The notes under the pieces were generated by a model. That model saw only the letters and a program-made list of their open reading frames with translations, searched no databases and had not been told where the DNA came from. From assembly GCA_028819565.1 (NCBI GenBank), contig JAPPLD010000018.1, positions 28,927-92,926 on the forward strand: DNA of 64,000 bases, in the 5' to 3' direction. The DNA comes from Gammaproteobacteria bacterium. Lineage in GTDB: Bacteria; Pseudomonadota; Gammaproteobacteria; Poriferisulfidales; Poriferisulfidaceae. Every line of letters starts with the position of its first letter. The stretch's first letter is position 1. Below, piece by piece: positions 11,227-21,614 of the stretch. A program made the position numbers and the translations under genes.

Positions 11227-11244
11227 GGCCAAGCCCTTGCCATG

Positions 11245-11258
11245 TATAATGGCGCGCC
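11245..11258 (+). promoter_or_regulatory. rpsB-tsf sigma70 promoter -10 with GC-rich discriminator
   Basis: TATAAT (11245-11250) followed by GGCGCGCC, as in stringently controlled rpsB promoters. Confidence 0.7.
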
Positions 11259-11283
11259 GCAGGCTCGCCTGCGAAAATTCGCG

Positions 11284-11336
11284 TCCGGATCGACACGAGC
11301 GGTGGGTGCCCCCAGGGTTGCCGCGAGGGGTCCGGG
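11284..11336 (+). ncRNA. rpsB 5' leader (t44-like S2 autoregulatory structure)
   Basis: CCGGATCGACAC...GGGTGCCCC...GGGGTCCGG stem-loop with CGACAC and GGGTGCCC elements in the rpsB UTR; boundaries approximate. Confidence 0.55.
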
Positions 11337-11399
11337 CAAGTTGACAACCCGCAAGGCTTCGGAACCTGACAGCCCGGAGCCGCCATCAGGAGGGCCGCA

Positions 11400-12470
11400 A
11401 TGCCGTGTGCCACCTTGCGTGAGATGTTGGAAGCCGGTGTCCATTTCGGACATCAGACCCGGTACTGGAACCCCAGCATGGCGCCGTACATCTTCGGCGA
11501 GCGCAACAAAATCCATATCATCAATCTCGAAATCACCCAGCGCATGCTGGATGAGGCCGCCGAACAGGTGCGCGAGTGGGCTGCCGAGGGCAAGACGATC
11601 CTGATCGTCGGCACCAAGCGGGCAGCTCAAGACATCGTCAAGTCCAAGGCCGAGGAGTGCGGGATGCCGTACGTCTCGCAGCGCTGGCTGGGCGGGACGC
11701 TGACCAACTTCCACACTGTGCGCAACTCCATCAAGCGCCTGCAGGACCTCAAGCGTATGGAGGGCGAGAACCTGATGGCGCGCATCAGCAAGAAGGAAGC
11801 ATTGCGCCTGACCCGCGAAAAGCTCAAGCTGGAACGCAGTCTGGGCGGCATCGAGGACATGGAGCGGCTGCCGGACGCCCTGTTCGTGATTGATGTCCGT
11901 TACGAGAACATCGCGGTGCGCGAGGCCCGCCGACTGAATATCCCGGTGGTTGCGGTGGTCGACAGCAACAGTTCGATCGAAGGCATCGACCGGATCATCC
12001 CGGGCAACGACGACGCGATCCGCTCGATTCGGCTCTACATGGACGTGGTCAGCAATGCAATCCAGGAAGGGGGCAAGCAGGCAGAGGAAGAAGGGGTCGC
12101 GGTGGAAGCGCCCGCTCCCCGGGGACCTGCCGTGAAGCGCAAAGGCCGACGGACCAAACTGCACGTCGAGTCGAAGGAAGACTCGCAACCGGAGGAGGCC
12201 GCCGACGAGGCGGCGTCCGAACCCGAAGCCGCGGCAGTGGAAGAGCCAGTCGAAGCTCCGGCGGCGGCCGACGAGGCGGCTGAGACCGAGGCCGTCCCTG
12301 AGACCGAGCCAGCTGAAGAGGACGTCCAGGCCGAAGCGGCCGGGAATGAAACCGAAGCCGAGGCTGCTGCGGTGGAGGAGCCAGCCGAAGCTCCAGCGGC
12401 AGCCGAGGCCGAGGCCGAACCTGAAGCCGAACCTGAGGCCGAACCTGAGGCCGAGACGGCTGCCAAGTAA
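11400..12470 (+). CDS. rpsB: 30S ribosomal protein S2 with long acidic C-terminal extension
   Basis: [37 protein letters not shown]; ~125 aa E/A/P-rich tail. Confidence 0.98.
   Translation: MPCATLREMLEAGVHFGHQTRYWNPSMAPYIFGERNKIHIINLEITQRMLDEAAEQVREWAAEGKTILIVGTKRAAQDIVKSKAEECGMPYVSQRWLGGTLTNFHTVRNSIKRLQDLKRMEGENLMARISKKEALRLTREKLKLERSLGGIEDMERLPDALFVIDVRYENIAVREARRLNIPVVAVVDSNSSIEGIDRIIPGNDDAIRSIRLYMDVVSNAIQEGGKQAEEEGVAVEAPAPRGPAVKRKGRRTKLHVESKEDSQPEEAADEAASEPEAAAVEEPVEAPAAADEAAETEAVPETEPAEEDVQAEAAGNETEAEAAAVEEPAEAPAAAEAEAEPEAEPEAEPEAETAAK
12414..12449 (+). repeat. 3 x 12-bp tandem repeat (AEPE) in the rpsB tail
   Basis: GCCGAACCTGAA GCCGAACCTGAG GCCGAACCTGAG. Confidence 0.85.
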
Positions 12471-12494
12471 GCGGACGGAACCGAGGAGTCATTC

Positions 12495-13370
12495 ATGGAG
12501 ATTACGGCACAACTCGTCAAGGAACTGCGCACCCGGACCGGGGTGGGCATGATGGAATGCAAGCGTGCGCTCAGCGAGTGCGATGGCGACATCGACGCCG
12601 CCATCCAGCACCTGCGCACGTCTGGGCAGATGAAGGCGGACAAGAAGTCCGCTCGCACGGCGGCGGAAGGCTCGCTGGCCCTTGCAAAGTCGGGAGATGG
12701 CGCCCGGGCGCTGCTTCTGGAGCTGAACAGCGAGACGGATTTTGTTGCCAAGGACGAAGGTTTCCGGGCATTTGCCCAGACCTGCGTCGAGGCCGCGCTG
12801 TCATCGGGGACCGACGATGTCGAGACCCTGATGAACCAGACCGTAGACGGTGGCACGCTTGAAGAAACTCGCCGGGAACTGGTGGCTCGTCTAGGCGAGA
12901 ACATCCAGGCCCGCCGCCTGCAGGGGCTTGATGCCGACGGCGCCTCGATCGCCTGCTACCTGCATGGGCGGCGAATCGGCGTGCTGGTGGCGTTCGATGG
13001 GGAGCCCGAACTGGGCCGCGACCTGGCCATGCATATCGCAGCGTCCCGCCCGGTGTGCGTGAGCGAGGATGAAGTCCCGGAAGACCTTCTGGAGAAGGAA
13101 CGCGAGGTGCTGACCGCGCAAGCACAGGAATCTGGCAAGCCGCCGGAGATCATCGAGAAGATGATTGCCGGACGCCTGCGCAAGTATCTGTCCGAGATCA
13201 CGCTGCTGGGCCAGCCTTTCGTCAAGGACCCGGACGTCACGGTCGGCAAGTTGCTCCAGTCGAAGAATGCTTCGGTCCGGGCGTTTACGCGCCTGGAAGT
13301 CGGCGAGGGGATCGAGAAGAAGCAGGAAAACTTCGCCGAGGAAGTTCGAGCCCAGGCCGAGAAACACTGA
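12495..13370 (+). CDS. tsf: Elongation factor Ts
   Basis: [37 protein letters not shown]. Confidence 0.98.
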   Translation: MEITAQLVKELRTRTGVGMMECKRALSECDGDIDAAIQHLRTSGQMKADKKSARTAAEGSLALAKSGDGARALLLELNSETDFVAKDEGFRAFAQTCVEAALSSGTDDVETLMNQTVDGGTLEETRRELVARLGENIQARRLQGLDADGASIACYLHGRRIGVLVAFDGEPELGRDLAMHIAASRPVCVSEDEVPEDLLEKEREVLTAQAQESGKPPEIIEKMIAGRLRKYLSEITLLGQPFVKDPDVTVGKLLQSKNASVRAFTRLEVGEGIEKKQENFAEEVRAQAEKH

Positions 13371-13383
13371 CCCCGACGCCGCC

Positions 13384-14112
13384 ATGTCTGCCGCATACCG
13401 CCGCATCCTGCTGAAGCTGAGCGGCGAGGCGTTGATGGGGGCCAACCGCTACGGGATCGATCCGGACACGGTACGCCAGTTGGCCTCGGCACTGGCCGGG
13501 GCGCAGGCGCAGGGCGTGCAGATCGCGGTGGTGGTGGGCGGTGGCAACATCGTGCGGGGTGAAGGATTGGAAGCGGCCGGAATCGACCGCGTCACCGGTG
13601 ACCAAATGGGCATGCTGGCCACCCTGATCAACGCGTTGGCCCTCCAGGAATCAGTAGAACAGAACCAGGTCCCATGCCGGGTGATGTCCGCCATCCCGGT
13701 GCCGCAGGTGTGCGAGAGCTACATCCGGCGTCGCGCCGTGCGCCACCTTGAGAAAGGCCGCTTGGTGGTATTTGCCACCGGAACCGGCAACCCATTCTTC
13801 ACGACCGATTCCGCGGCCAGCCTGCGCGCGGTGGAAATCGGTGCCGATATCCTGCTCAAGGCGACCAAGGTGGACGGGGTGTATTCCAGCGATCCCTTCA
13901 CCGACAAGGACGCACAGCGTTTCGATGTTATCGACTACGACGAGGCCCTGCACCGCAAGTTGGGCATCATGGATTCGACCGCGCTGGTGTTGTGCCGGGA
14001 CAACCGGATTCCGATCCGGGTGTTCGACATGTTCGAGGAAGGAGCCTTGATGCGGTTGCTGGCTGGAGAACCGGTCGGGACCCTGGTGCACGCGGAGGGC
14101 GCCCATGCGTGA
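13384..14112 (+). CDS. pyrH: UMP kinase
   Basis: [30 protein letters not shown]; ATG 13384. Confidence 0.97.
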   Translation: MSAAYRRILLKLSGEALMGANRYGIDPDTVRQLASALAGAQAQGVQIAVVVGGGNIVRGEGLEAAGIDRVTGDQMGMLATLINALALQESVEQNQVPCRVMSAIPVPQVCESYIRRRAVRHLEKGRLVVFATGTGNPFFTTDSAASLRAVEIGADILLKATKVDGVYSSDPFTDKDAQRFDVIDYDEALHRKLGIMDSTALVLCRDNRIPIRVFDMFEEGALMRLLAGEPVGTLVHAEGAHA

Positions 14113-14662
14113 GGAAATCCTGGCCGATGCCCGAGAGCGCATGCAAAAGAGCCTCAGCGTTCTGGGCGAGGCATTGACCCGCATTCGCACCGGCCGTGCG
14201 CATCCGAGCCTCTTGGACCCGGTGAAGGTGGAATATTACGGGACCGAGGTGCCGATTGCCCAAGTCGGAAGCGTGACGGTCGAAGAAGGGCGTACGCTGG
14301 TGGTGCAGGTGTGGGAGAAGAACATGGTGGAGGCGGTCGAGAAGGCATTGCTGAACTCCGACCTGGGAATCACGCCGAACAGCGCAGGACAAGTGGTGCG
14401 CCTGCCGATGCCTCCGCTCACCGAGGAGCGCCGCCGGGTGCAGGTGAAGCAGGTCCGGGAAACCCTGGAGGAAGCGCGTGTCTCGATTCGCAATGTCCGG
14501 CGCGACGCCAACCACATGCTCAAGGACCTGTTGAAGGAGAAGGAGATTAGCGAGGACGAGGAGCGCCGTGATCAGGAGGCGGTGCAGAAACTGACCGATG
14601 ACTCCATCCACAAGGCGGAGCAGATGGCGTCGGAGAAGGAAAAAGCTCTGCTGGAAATCTGA
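14105..14662 (+). CDS. frr: Ribosome recycling factor
   Basis: [27 protein letters not shown]. Confidence 0.97.
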   Translation: MREEILADARERMQKSLSVLGEALTRIRTGRAHPSLLDPVKVEYYGTEVPIAQVGSVTVEEGRTLVVQVWEKNMVEAVEKALLNSDLGITPNSAGQVVRLPMPPLTEERRRVQVKQVRETLEEARVSIRNVRRDANHMLKDLLKEKEISEDEERRDQEAVQKLTDDSIHKAEQMASEKEKALLEI

Positions 14663-14677
14663 GATTTCGGGAGAGCG

Positions 14678-15388
14678 GTGCGCGAATTCACCCTGCCGCG
14701 GTCCGAGTTCCCGGCCCATATCGCGCTGATCCCGGACGGCAACCGTCGCTGGGCGCGCCAGCGCGGAAAACCCCACGAGGACGGCTATCGCGCCGGCATC
14801 AAGGCAACCCGTGCTCTGGTCGAGCATGCCGCCCGGCGCGGGATTTCAACCCTGACCCTGTTCGCGTTCAGCAGCGAGAACCGCAGGCGGCCAAAGCCGC
14901 AGGTGGAGCTGCTGATGAGGTTGCTGGTCGAAACGCTGGACGAACAGGCTCGCGAACTCATGGAGCAAGGCATCCGATTGCACTTCATCGGCGAACTGGA
15001 TCGGCTATCCACCAAGATTCGGTCGCGGATCCGGCAGATCGAGGCGCAGGCTCCGGACAAACCAAACCTGGTCATGTACGTGGCACTGCATTACAGCGGC
15101 CGTCAGGACCTATTGGCCGCATTCCAGCATTGCCAGAAGGCGAACCTCGATGTCGTCGGCGAGGCAGAGGTGTCGAGGGCACTCGGTACCGGGGAACTGC
15201 CGGACCCGGACCTGTTGATCCGCACCGGCGGCGAGTTTCGGTTGAGCAATTTCCTGCTGTGGCAGATGGCCTACACGGAGTTGTATTTCACCGACTGCCT
15301 GTGGCCTGATTTCGATGAGGCGGCGTTCGACCGGGCGCTGGAGTGGTTTGCCGAACGGGACCGGCGTTTCGGGGGCAGTGCCGGATGA
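14678..15388 (+). CDS. uppS: Undecaprenyl diphosphate synthase
   Basis: HIALIPDGNRRWA, FAFSSEN, DLLIRTGGEFRLSNFLLWQMAY. Confidence 0.96.
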   Translation: MREFTLPRSEFPAHIALIPDGNRRWARQRGKPHEDGYRAGIKATRALVEHAARRGISTLTLFAFSSENRRRPKPQVELLMRLLVETLDEQARELMEQGIRLHFIGELDRLSTKIRSRIRQIEAQAPDKPNLVMYVALHYSGRQDLLAAFQHCQKANLDVVGEAEVSRALGTGELPDPDLLIRTGGEFRLSNFLLWQMAYTELYFTDCLWPDFDEAAFDRALEWFAERDRRFGGSAG

Positions 15389-16191
15389 ATGAGCTCACGA
15401 AACGCACTGGCACGGCCGCAGTTCTGCTGGCAGTGGTGGTGGGGGCGCTGGCCCTGAACGAGGTCGGCGTAGGCCCCGCGCCCTGGATGCTGTTCGTTGC
15501 CGTGGCGTGCGGGGTGGCGGTCTGGGAGTGGGCCGGGTTGCTGGGATTGGGACGCCTGGGGCAGATCGCCTACCTGGCGGCCAGCGCGTTGCTGGTATCG
15601 GCCCTAATGCCGCCGGCTCTCGAGAATGCGGTTTGGCTGGCGTTCGGGCTGTGGATCATTGCACTCTTGCGCATCGCGGGCGTCCCGTTCCCGCGCACCG
15701 CCGAGACCCTGTTTTTTGGTATGCTGGGATGGGTGGCTGTTCCGGTGGCGGGACTAACCCTGGTAGCTTTTTTAGGACCGTTTGTGTGGGCATTTCTTGT
15801 GGTGGTTATCGTGGCGGATACGGCTGCTTACTTCGTAGGCCATCGGTATGGGAAGACCGCATTGGCTCTGGAGATCTCTCCGGGCAAGACGCGTGCTGGG
15901 CTTGTTGGCGCCCTGCTGGCGGTGGCGGTGGTTAGCATCCCGATTGCGTGGGGCCTTGGCCTCCCCTTGGCAAGCTGGTTCTATTTCGCCTGTCTGGCGC
16001 TGCTCGTGGCCTGCTTCAGCGTAGTCGGCGACCTAAGCGTCAGCCTGCTCAAGCGCCGGGCAGATGTCAAGGACAGCGGTCGCTTCCTGCCTGGGCACGG
16101 GGGAGCACTGGATCGGGTCGACGGCCTGCTGGCTGCGGCACCCGTGTATGCTTTGGGCATTCAGGCGTTGCAGGGAGTACTGTTGATATGA
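15385..16191 (+). CDS. cdsA: Phosphatidate cytidylyltransferase
   Basis: DTAAYFVG, ISPGKT, GDLSVSLLKRRADVKDSG..LPGHGGALDRVD. Confidence 0.95.
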   Translation: MNELTKRTGTAAVLLAVVVGALALNEVGVGPAPWMLFVAVACGVAVWEWAGLLGLGRLGQIAYLAASALLVSALMPPALENAVWLAFGLWIIALLRIAGVPFPRTAETLFFGMLGWVAVPVAGLTLVAFLGPFVWAFLVVVIVADTAAYFVGHRYGKTALALEISPGKTRAGLVGALLAVAVVSIPIAWGLGLPLASWFYFACLALLVACFSVVGDLSVSLLKRRADVKDSGRFLPGHGGALDRVDGLLAAAPVYALGIQALQGVLLI

Positions 16192-17354
16192 CTACGATGC
16201 GGCTGACGGTGCTGGGTTCGTCGGGCACGATCGGGATCAACACGCTGGATCTCGCCGCACGTCACTCCGATCACGTCGAGGTATTCGCGCTGGCCGCGAA
16301 TTCGGATCATTCGACCCTCCTCGAACAATGCCGCCAGCATCGGCCGCGCTATGCCGCCTTGGCCAATGCGGATGCGGCGCAAAGCCTGCAGGAGGCGCTC
16401 CGTGCGGAGCAACTCGATACCGAAGTGCTGCAGGGGGAAGACGAGTTGCGCGATTTGGCGGGCGATACAACCGCCGATTGCGTGATGGCCGGAATCGTCG
16501 GGCTGGCCGGGCTGGTGCCGACGCTGGCCGCGGTCCGGTCCGGGCGGAGAGTGCTGCTGGCGAACAAGGAATCACTGGTGGCGGGAGGCCAGCTGTTCAT
16601 GGATGAGGTACGTCGGCACGGTTGCGAACTGGTTCCGGTCGACAGCGAACACAATGCGTTGTTCCAGTGTCTGGCGCAGACCGACCCCGAAGCCATCGAA
16701 CGTGCGACCCTGACTGCGTCGGGCGGGCCGTTCCGCGAGACCCCGCTGGAGCAACTTGACGCGGTCACCCCGGATCAGGCGTGCGCGCATCCGAACTGGA
16801 AGATGGGGCGGAAGATCTCCGTGGATTCCGCGACCATGATGAACAAGGGGCTGGAGTTAATGGAAGCGCGCTGGCTGTTCGGTCTCGATGCCGACCGGGT
16901 CGACGCGGTGATTCACCCGGAATCGATCGTCCATGCCCTGCTGACCCTGCGCGACGGTTCCACGCTGGCTCACCTGGGGCCGGCCGACATGCGCGTGGCT
17001 ATCAGTTACGCCTTGTTCGGCCCCCAGCGCCTGCCTTCCGGGGTCGAGTCCCTGAACCTGGCGGAATGCGCGCCATTGAACTGGTATCCGCCGCCGCCCG
17101 GGCGCTATCCCTGCCTGGAACTGGCACGCCAGGCTATGCAGATGGGTGGGCCAGCGCCGATCATACTGAATGCGGCCAACGAGATCGCGGTTGACGGGTT
17201 CTTGAACGAGCGCATCCGGTTCCCGCAGATCGCGGATGTGGTGGAACGAACGCTGGAAGGGGGGCAATCCGGCGACCCGAGTGGAATCGACGACATTATC
17301 GAGACGGATCGCGAGGCGCGTGCCCGAGCCCGACAGGCCATGGAAGCGCTGTGA
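16188..17354 (+). CDS. dxr: 1-deoxy-D-xylulose 5-phosphate reductoisomerase
   Basis: LGSSGTIG, LANKESLV, PVDSEH, TASGGPF, SATMMNKGLE. Confidence 0.97.
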   Translation: MTTMRLTVLGSSGTIGINTLDLAARHSDHVEVFALAANSDHSTLLEQCRQHRPRYAALANADAAQSLQEALRAEQLDTEVLQGEDELRDLAGDTTADCVMAGIVGLAGLVPTLAAVRSGRRVLLANKESLVAGGQLFMDEVRRHGCELVPVDSEHNALFQCLAQTDPEAIERATLTASGGPFRETPLEQLDAVTPDQACAHPNWKMGRKISVDSATMMNKGLELMEARWLFGLDADRVDAVIHPESIVHALLTLRDGSTLAHLGPADMRVAISYALFGPQRLPSGVESLNLAECAPLNWYPPPPGRYPCLELARQAMQMGGPAPIILNAANEIAVDGFLNERIRFPQIADVVERTLEGGQSGDPSGIDDIIETDREARARARQAMEAL

Positions 17355-18709
17355 GTTTCCTGATCAGCCTGGCGGCGTTCCTGGTGGCCATCGCCTTGCT
17401 GGTGACGTTCCACGAATTCGGGCACTACTGGGTGGCGCGCCGGTGCGGCGTGAAGGTGCTCCGGTTTTCGGTCGGCTTCGGCCGCCCCCTGTACTGTTAC
17501 GTCTCGCCGCGCACCGGGACCGAGTGGGTGATTTCCGTCCTGCCGTTCGGCGGGTACGTGAAGATGCTGGACAAGCGCGAGGCGGGGGACATCCCGGAGG
17601 CAGAGCAAGACGTCGAGTTCACTGGAAAACCGCTGTATCAGCGGGCGGCGATTATCGCCGCCGGTCCGGCATTCAACCTGTTGCTGGCCTTCCTGCTGTA
17701 TTCCCTGGTTTTCATGACGGGCGAGACTGGTCGTCGCCCGCTGGTCGGCCACGTGGCGGAGGGCTCTCCGGCCGCAGTTGCGGGCCTCCAGACCGGCGAT
17801 GAAATCCTGTCCGTCGGCGGCCAGCCGATTCGCACCTGGCAGGCTTTCATCGTGCCGCTCTTGGATTCCGGACTTGGCGATGGCGTCATCGCCATGGAGG
17901 TGCTCCGCGAGGATGGCGATGTGGCATACCCGGTCATCGACGTGGGACCGGGACTGCTGAAGAATGAGAATGTATTCGGTGCGCTCGGCTTGCACCCGCT
18001 GCGCTCGACGTCCATGCCCGTGGTTGGCACCGTTTTAGAAGGAGCACCGGCCGAGGCGGCCGGTTTGCGTGAAGGCGATCGCATCGTGCGTCTCGACGAG
18101 TCTTCGGTGGCAACCTGGGAAGGGATGTCGGGATATATCCGTGCGCGGCCAGGCCAGACCGTGACGGTCGAACTCGAACGGGACGGGCAGCGCATGTGGC
18201 AGGAGATTCGTGTCGAGGCGGTTGATGTTTCCGGCATGCCGGTCGGCCGAATCGGCGTGACGCCGTACCGGGATCCGGAACTGGCGGAACACCTGAGCGT
18301 CATCGTGCGCCACCCGGTCGGGGAAAGCCTGTTGCTGGGCGCGGAGCGGACTTGGGACTTCAGTGTCTTGACCGTCCGCCTGATCGGGCAGCTGATCGTC
18401 GGCGGCGCGTCGGTTAAGAACATCAGTGGCCCGGTCGGCATTGCCGAATTCGCCGGGACGTCGGCCATGATCGGATTTGCGGCCTTCGTGTCCATGCTGG
18501 CCTTGCTGAGCGTCAGCCTGGGAATTCTCAATCTCCTTCCGATCCCCATCCTGGATGGTGGGCACCTGTTGTACTGTCTGGCTGAAGCCTTAACCGGTCG
18601 ACCGGTGTCGCCGACAGTCGAAGCTGTGGGTCAACGTTTGGGCGTGGCCATGCTGGCGGCACTGATGGGGCTTGCCCTTTACAATGACCTTGCCCGATTG
18701 CTGGGATAG
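17351..18709 (+). CDS. rseP: RIP metalloprotease RseP
   Basis: HEFGH, two PDZ domains, NLLPIPILDGG. Confidence 0.96.
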   Translation: MSFLISLAAFLVAIALLVTFHEFGHYWVARRCGVKVLRFSVGFGRPLYCYVSPRTGTEWVISVLPFGGYVKMLDKREAGDIPEAEQDVEFTGKPLYQRAAIIAAGPAFNLLLAFLLYSLVFMTGETGRRPLVGHVAEGSPAAVAGLQTGDEILSVGGQPIRTWQAFIVPLLDSGLGDGVIAMEVLREDGDVAYPVIDVGPGLLKNENVFGALGLHPLRSTSMPVVGTVLEGAPAEAAGLREGDRIVRLDESSVATWEGMSGYIRARPGQTVTVELERDGQRMWQEIRVEAVDVSGMPVGRIGVTPYRDPELAEHLSVIVRHPVGESLLLGAERTWDFSVLTVRLIGQLIVGGASVKNISGPVGIAEFAGTSAMIGFAAFVSMLALLSVSLGILNLLPIPILDGGHLLYCLAEALTGRPVSPTVEAVGQRLGVAMLAALMGLALYNDLARLLG

Positions 18710-18712
18710 CCC

Positions 18713-21052
18713 ATGTTTCGCTCGAGATTCGGTCCGACTCTGCTCGTTCTTGCCCTAATGCTGGTGGTGCCGCGCGCATTTGCATTCATCGTGGAGGATA
18801 TCGAGTTGCAGGGCCTGCAGCGCTTGGAGGCCGCGACCGTGTTTACCTATCTCCCAGTGGAGGTGGGCGAGGATTTCGACGTGTCCCGAACCAGCGAGGT
18901 GGTGCGAGCACTGTTCAAGTCCCAGTTGTTTAGCGACGTGGAAGTGTCGCGCCGCGGCAACGTGCTGGTCGTCAGGGTGGTGGAACGCCCGGCCATCACT
19001 GAAATTGCCTTCGAGGGCCTCGAGGTTATCGAGGACGAAACCTTGGAGGAGGTGCTGGAGGACGCCGGCATCGCGACCGGACGGATCTTCAACCAGCCGT
19101 TGCTGGACCGCCTCAACAACGAGATCCTACAGCAGTACCACGCGATCGGCTTCTACAACGCGGAAGTCGCGGTCAGCGTCCACGACATGGGCGAGAACCG
19201 GGTGGCGATCCATATCAACGTGGTGGAGGGCGAGCCGGCGGCCATCCGGCAGGTGCACGTGGTCGGCAATGTCTCGTATACCGAGGAACGGCTGCTGGAG
19301 CTGTTCGAATCCTCCGAGCCGGCTTGGTACGACATCATGGGCAACACCGGCAAGTACTCGAAATTGCAGTTGTCGGGTGACCTGGAACGGTTGCGTTCGT
19401 TCTACTTGAACCGGGGATTCCTGAAGTTTCGGGTGGATTCGGCGCAGATTTCGCTGAGCCCGGATCGCGAGGGCATTTACATTACAGTCCACATCAACGA
19501 GGGCCGACGTTTCGTGGTGCGCGAGGTCTCCCTTTCCGGCATCTTCATCGTGCCGCAGGCAGAACTGACCTCGTTGCTGACCATTCAGGCGGGCGAATAC
19601 TTCTCCAGTTCGCGGGCACAGAATTCCAGTAGCCGGCTGACCGCCCGACTTGGCGAAGAAGGTTATTCCTTCGCCAAGGTCAACCCGGTCACCGATCTCG
19701 ATGAGGAAGCGGGCGAGGTGACGGTCAACTTCTTCATTGATCCGGGTCAGCGAGTGTACGTGCGTCGGATTGACATCATGGGCAACTACACGACCCAGGA
19801 TGAGGTGCTGCGCCGGGAGTTGCGGCAGATGGAGGGGGCCTGGCTGTCGTCTCCGAACCTGGAGCGCTCGCGCCGGCGTCTGCAGCGGCTTCCGTATATC
19901 GACACCGTGGAGATTACGCAAACCCGGGTCCCGGGCACCAACGACCAGGTTGATCTCACCATCACCGTCACCGAGCGGCTGGCCGGCAACTTCACGGCCG
20001 GCGCGGGGTTCAGCAGCGGAAGCGGCCTGTCGCTAGCGGCCGGCGTGGAGCAGGAGAACTTCTTCGGTACCGGCAACCGGGTCGGCATTCACTTTGACAA
20101 CAGCGAGACCTCCACTCGGTATTCCTTCGACTTCTACAACCCGTACTACACCATCAACGGCGTCAGCCGCAGTTTCGGCTTCAGTACGCGAAAGGTGGAT
20201 ACGTCGGATGCCGACCAGCAGACCCAGTACGAGTCACGCGACTTCGCCGGCTATCTAAGCTACGGGATCCCGATCGCCGATGACAGCACCTTCACTTTCG
20301 CCGCCCGCTTCCAGAGGATTAATTTCGATGCAGGCAGGAGTTCGTCCTTCCTGGTGCTGGACTTCCTCGCGAATAACGACGGCGACTGCCTGTATGCCGG
20401 GACGGTTGCGAACACGCAAGCGAACTTGGTTTACTGCGAGGCCACGTACTACAACCTGTCCCTGATTGGCTCCTTCGCCTACGACACCCGCGACCGCAGC
20501 CTGTTCACGCGCGAGGGTTCGCTGCGCCAGGTGTCCGCCCGGGCGACGATGCCGTGGAGTGGGCTGGAATACTACGTCTTGTCCTATGTTCAGGAGGAAT
20601 ATCTGAAGCTGACCGAGGACCTGACGTTCGCGATCAAGGGCGAGGCCGCCTACGGAGATGGCTACGGGGACACCGACGACCTGCCGTTCTCGCAGAAATT
20701 CGTGACCGGCGGCCCGAAGAGCGTGCGTGGCTTTGAAATCAACACGCTGGCCCCCCGTGATGAATTCGACGAGCCATACGGCGGCAACCTGAAGTTGGGC
20801 TATTCGTTCGAACTGTCGTTTCCGATCCCGTTCATCGACGAGGCCAACCTGCGCGGGGCCATGTTCCTGGATTCGGGCTACGTATTCGAAGAGGCAGAGG
20901 ATTTCGACGTCAAAGAAATGCGTGGCTCGCTCGGCATCGGCCTGTCTTGGCTGTCACCGCTCGGGGGGGTGTCGATGAGCCTGTCGATGCCGATCAATGA
21001 CCATGAAACGGACAAGACAGAGTCGTTCCAGTTCAATCTAGGGTCGCTCTAG
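18713..21052 (+). CDS. bamA: Outer membrane protein assembly factor BamA
   Basis: Signal peptide, POTRA domains, VRGF motif, C-terminal FQFNLG. Confidence 0.97.
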   Translation: MFRSRFGPTLLVLALMLVVPRAFAFIVEDIELQGLQRLEAATVFTYLPVEVGEDFDVSRTSEVVRALFKSQLFSDVEVSRRGNVLVVRVVERPAITEIAFEGLEVIEDETLEEVLEDAGIATGRIFNQPLLDRLNNEILQQYHAIGFYNAEVAVSVHDMGENRVAIHINVVEGEPAAIRQVHVVGNVSYTEERLLELFESSEPAWYDIMGNTGKYSKLQLSGDLERLRSFYLNRGFLKFRVDSAQISLSPDREGIYITVHINEGRRFVVREVSLSGIFIVPQAELTSLLTIQAGEYFSSSRAQNSSSRLTARLGEEGYSFAKVNPVTDLDEEAGEVTVNFFIDPGQRVYVRRIDIMGNYTTQDEVLRRELRQMEGAWLSSPNLERSRRRLQRLPYIDTVEITQTRVPGTNDQVDLTITVTERLAGNFTAGAGFSSGSGLSLAAGVEQENFFGTGNRVGIHFDNSETSTRYSFDFYNPYYTINGVSRSFGFSTRKVDTSDADQQTQYESRDFAGYLSYGIPIADDSTFTFAARFQRINFDAGRSSSFLVLDFLANNDGDCLYAGTVANTQANLVYCEATYYNLSLIGSFAYDTRDRSLFTREGSLRQVSARATMPWSGLEYYVLSYVQEEYLKLTEDLTFAIKGEAAYGDGYGDTDDLPFSQKFVTGGPKSVRGFEINTLAPRDEFDEPYGGNLKLGYSFELSFPIPFIDEANLRGAMFLDSGYVFEEAEDFDVKEMRGSLGIGLSWLSPLGGVSMSLSMPINDHETDKTESFQFNLGSL

Positions 21053-21092
21053 GCAACCGTGTAAAATGAGAGACAACAGGAGCACTCAACTG

Positions 21093-21608
21093 ATGAAGAA
21101 ATCATCCATTTTCTGGTCGCATGTGGTCGGTTTGGCACTACTTGCCATGGGTGGAACGGCTGCCGCACAAAACGCAAAAGTTGGATTCGTGGATGTCGGG
21201 CGCCTTCTGGAGGATTCTCCGCAGGCGGTGGCGGCTCGGCAGAAACTTCAAAACGAATTCGCACCCCGCAACGACGAGTTGGAAAAACTTCACAAAGAAG
21301 TTACCGATCTGGCCCAGAAGCTGGCGAATGAGAGCGACGTGATGTCGGAAGAACAGCGGCTTGAGCAGGAGCGAGAGGTGCAGCGTCGGCGCCGCGACTT
21401 CGAGCGCAAGCGCGACGAGGTGCGCGAGGATCTGGCGATCCGCCGCAACGAGGAACTTGGCAAGCTGCAGGAAGAGGTCAATACGGTGGTCGCCGAGATT
21501 GCGAGCGAGGAGGGCTTCGACCTGATCCTCACCCAAGCCGTGTCCCTGTACGCCAGCAAGCGCATCGACATCACGGAGCGGGTGCTCAAGAAGATGAATA
21601 ATCCGTAA
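21093..21608 (+). CDS. skp: Skp/OmpH periplasmic chaperone
   Basis: Signal peptide, KVGFVD, coiled coil, DITERVLK; AGGAG upstream of ATG 21093. Confidence 0.93.
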   Translation: MKKSSIFWSHVVGLALLAMGGTAAAQNAKVGFVDVGRLLEDSPQAVAARQKLQNEFAPRNDELEKLHKEVTDLAQKLANESDVMSEEQRLEQEREVQRRRRDFERKRDEVREDLAIRRNEELGKLQEEVNTVVAEIASEEGFDLILTQAVSLYASKRIDITERVLKKMNNP

Positions 21609-21614
21609 CCGGGT

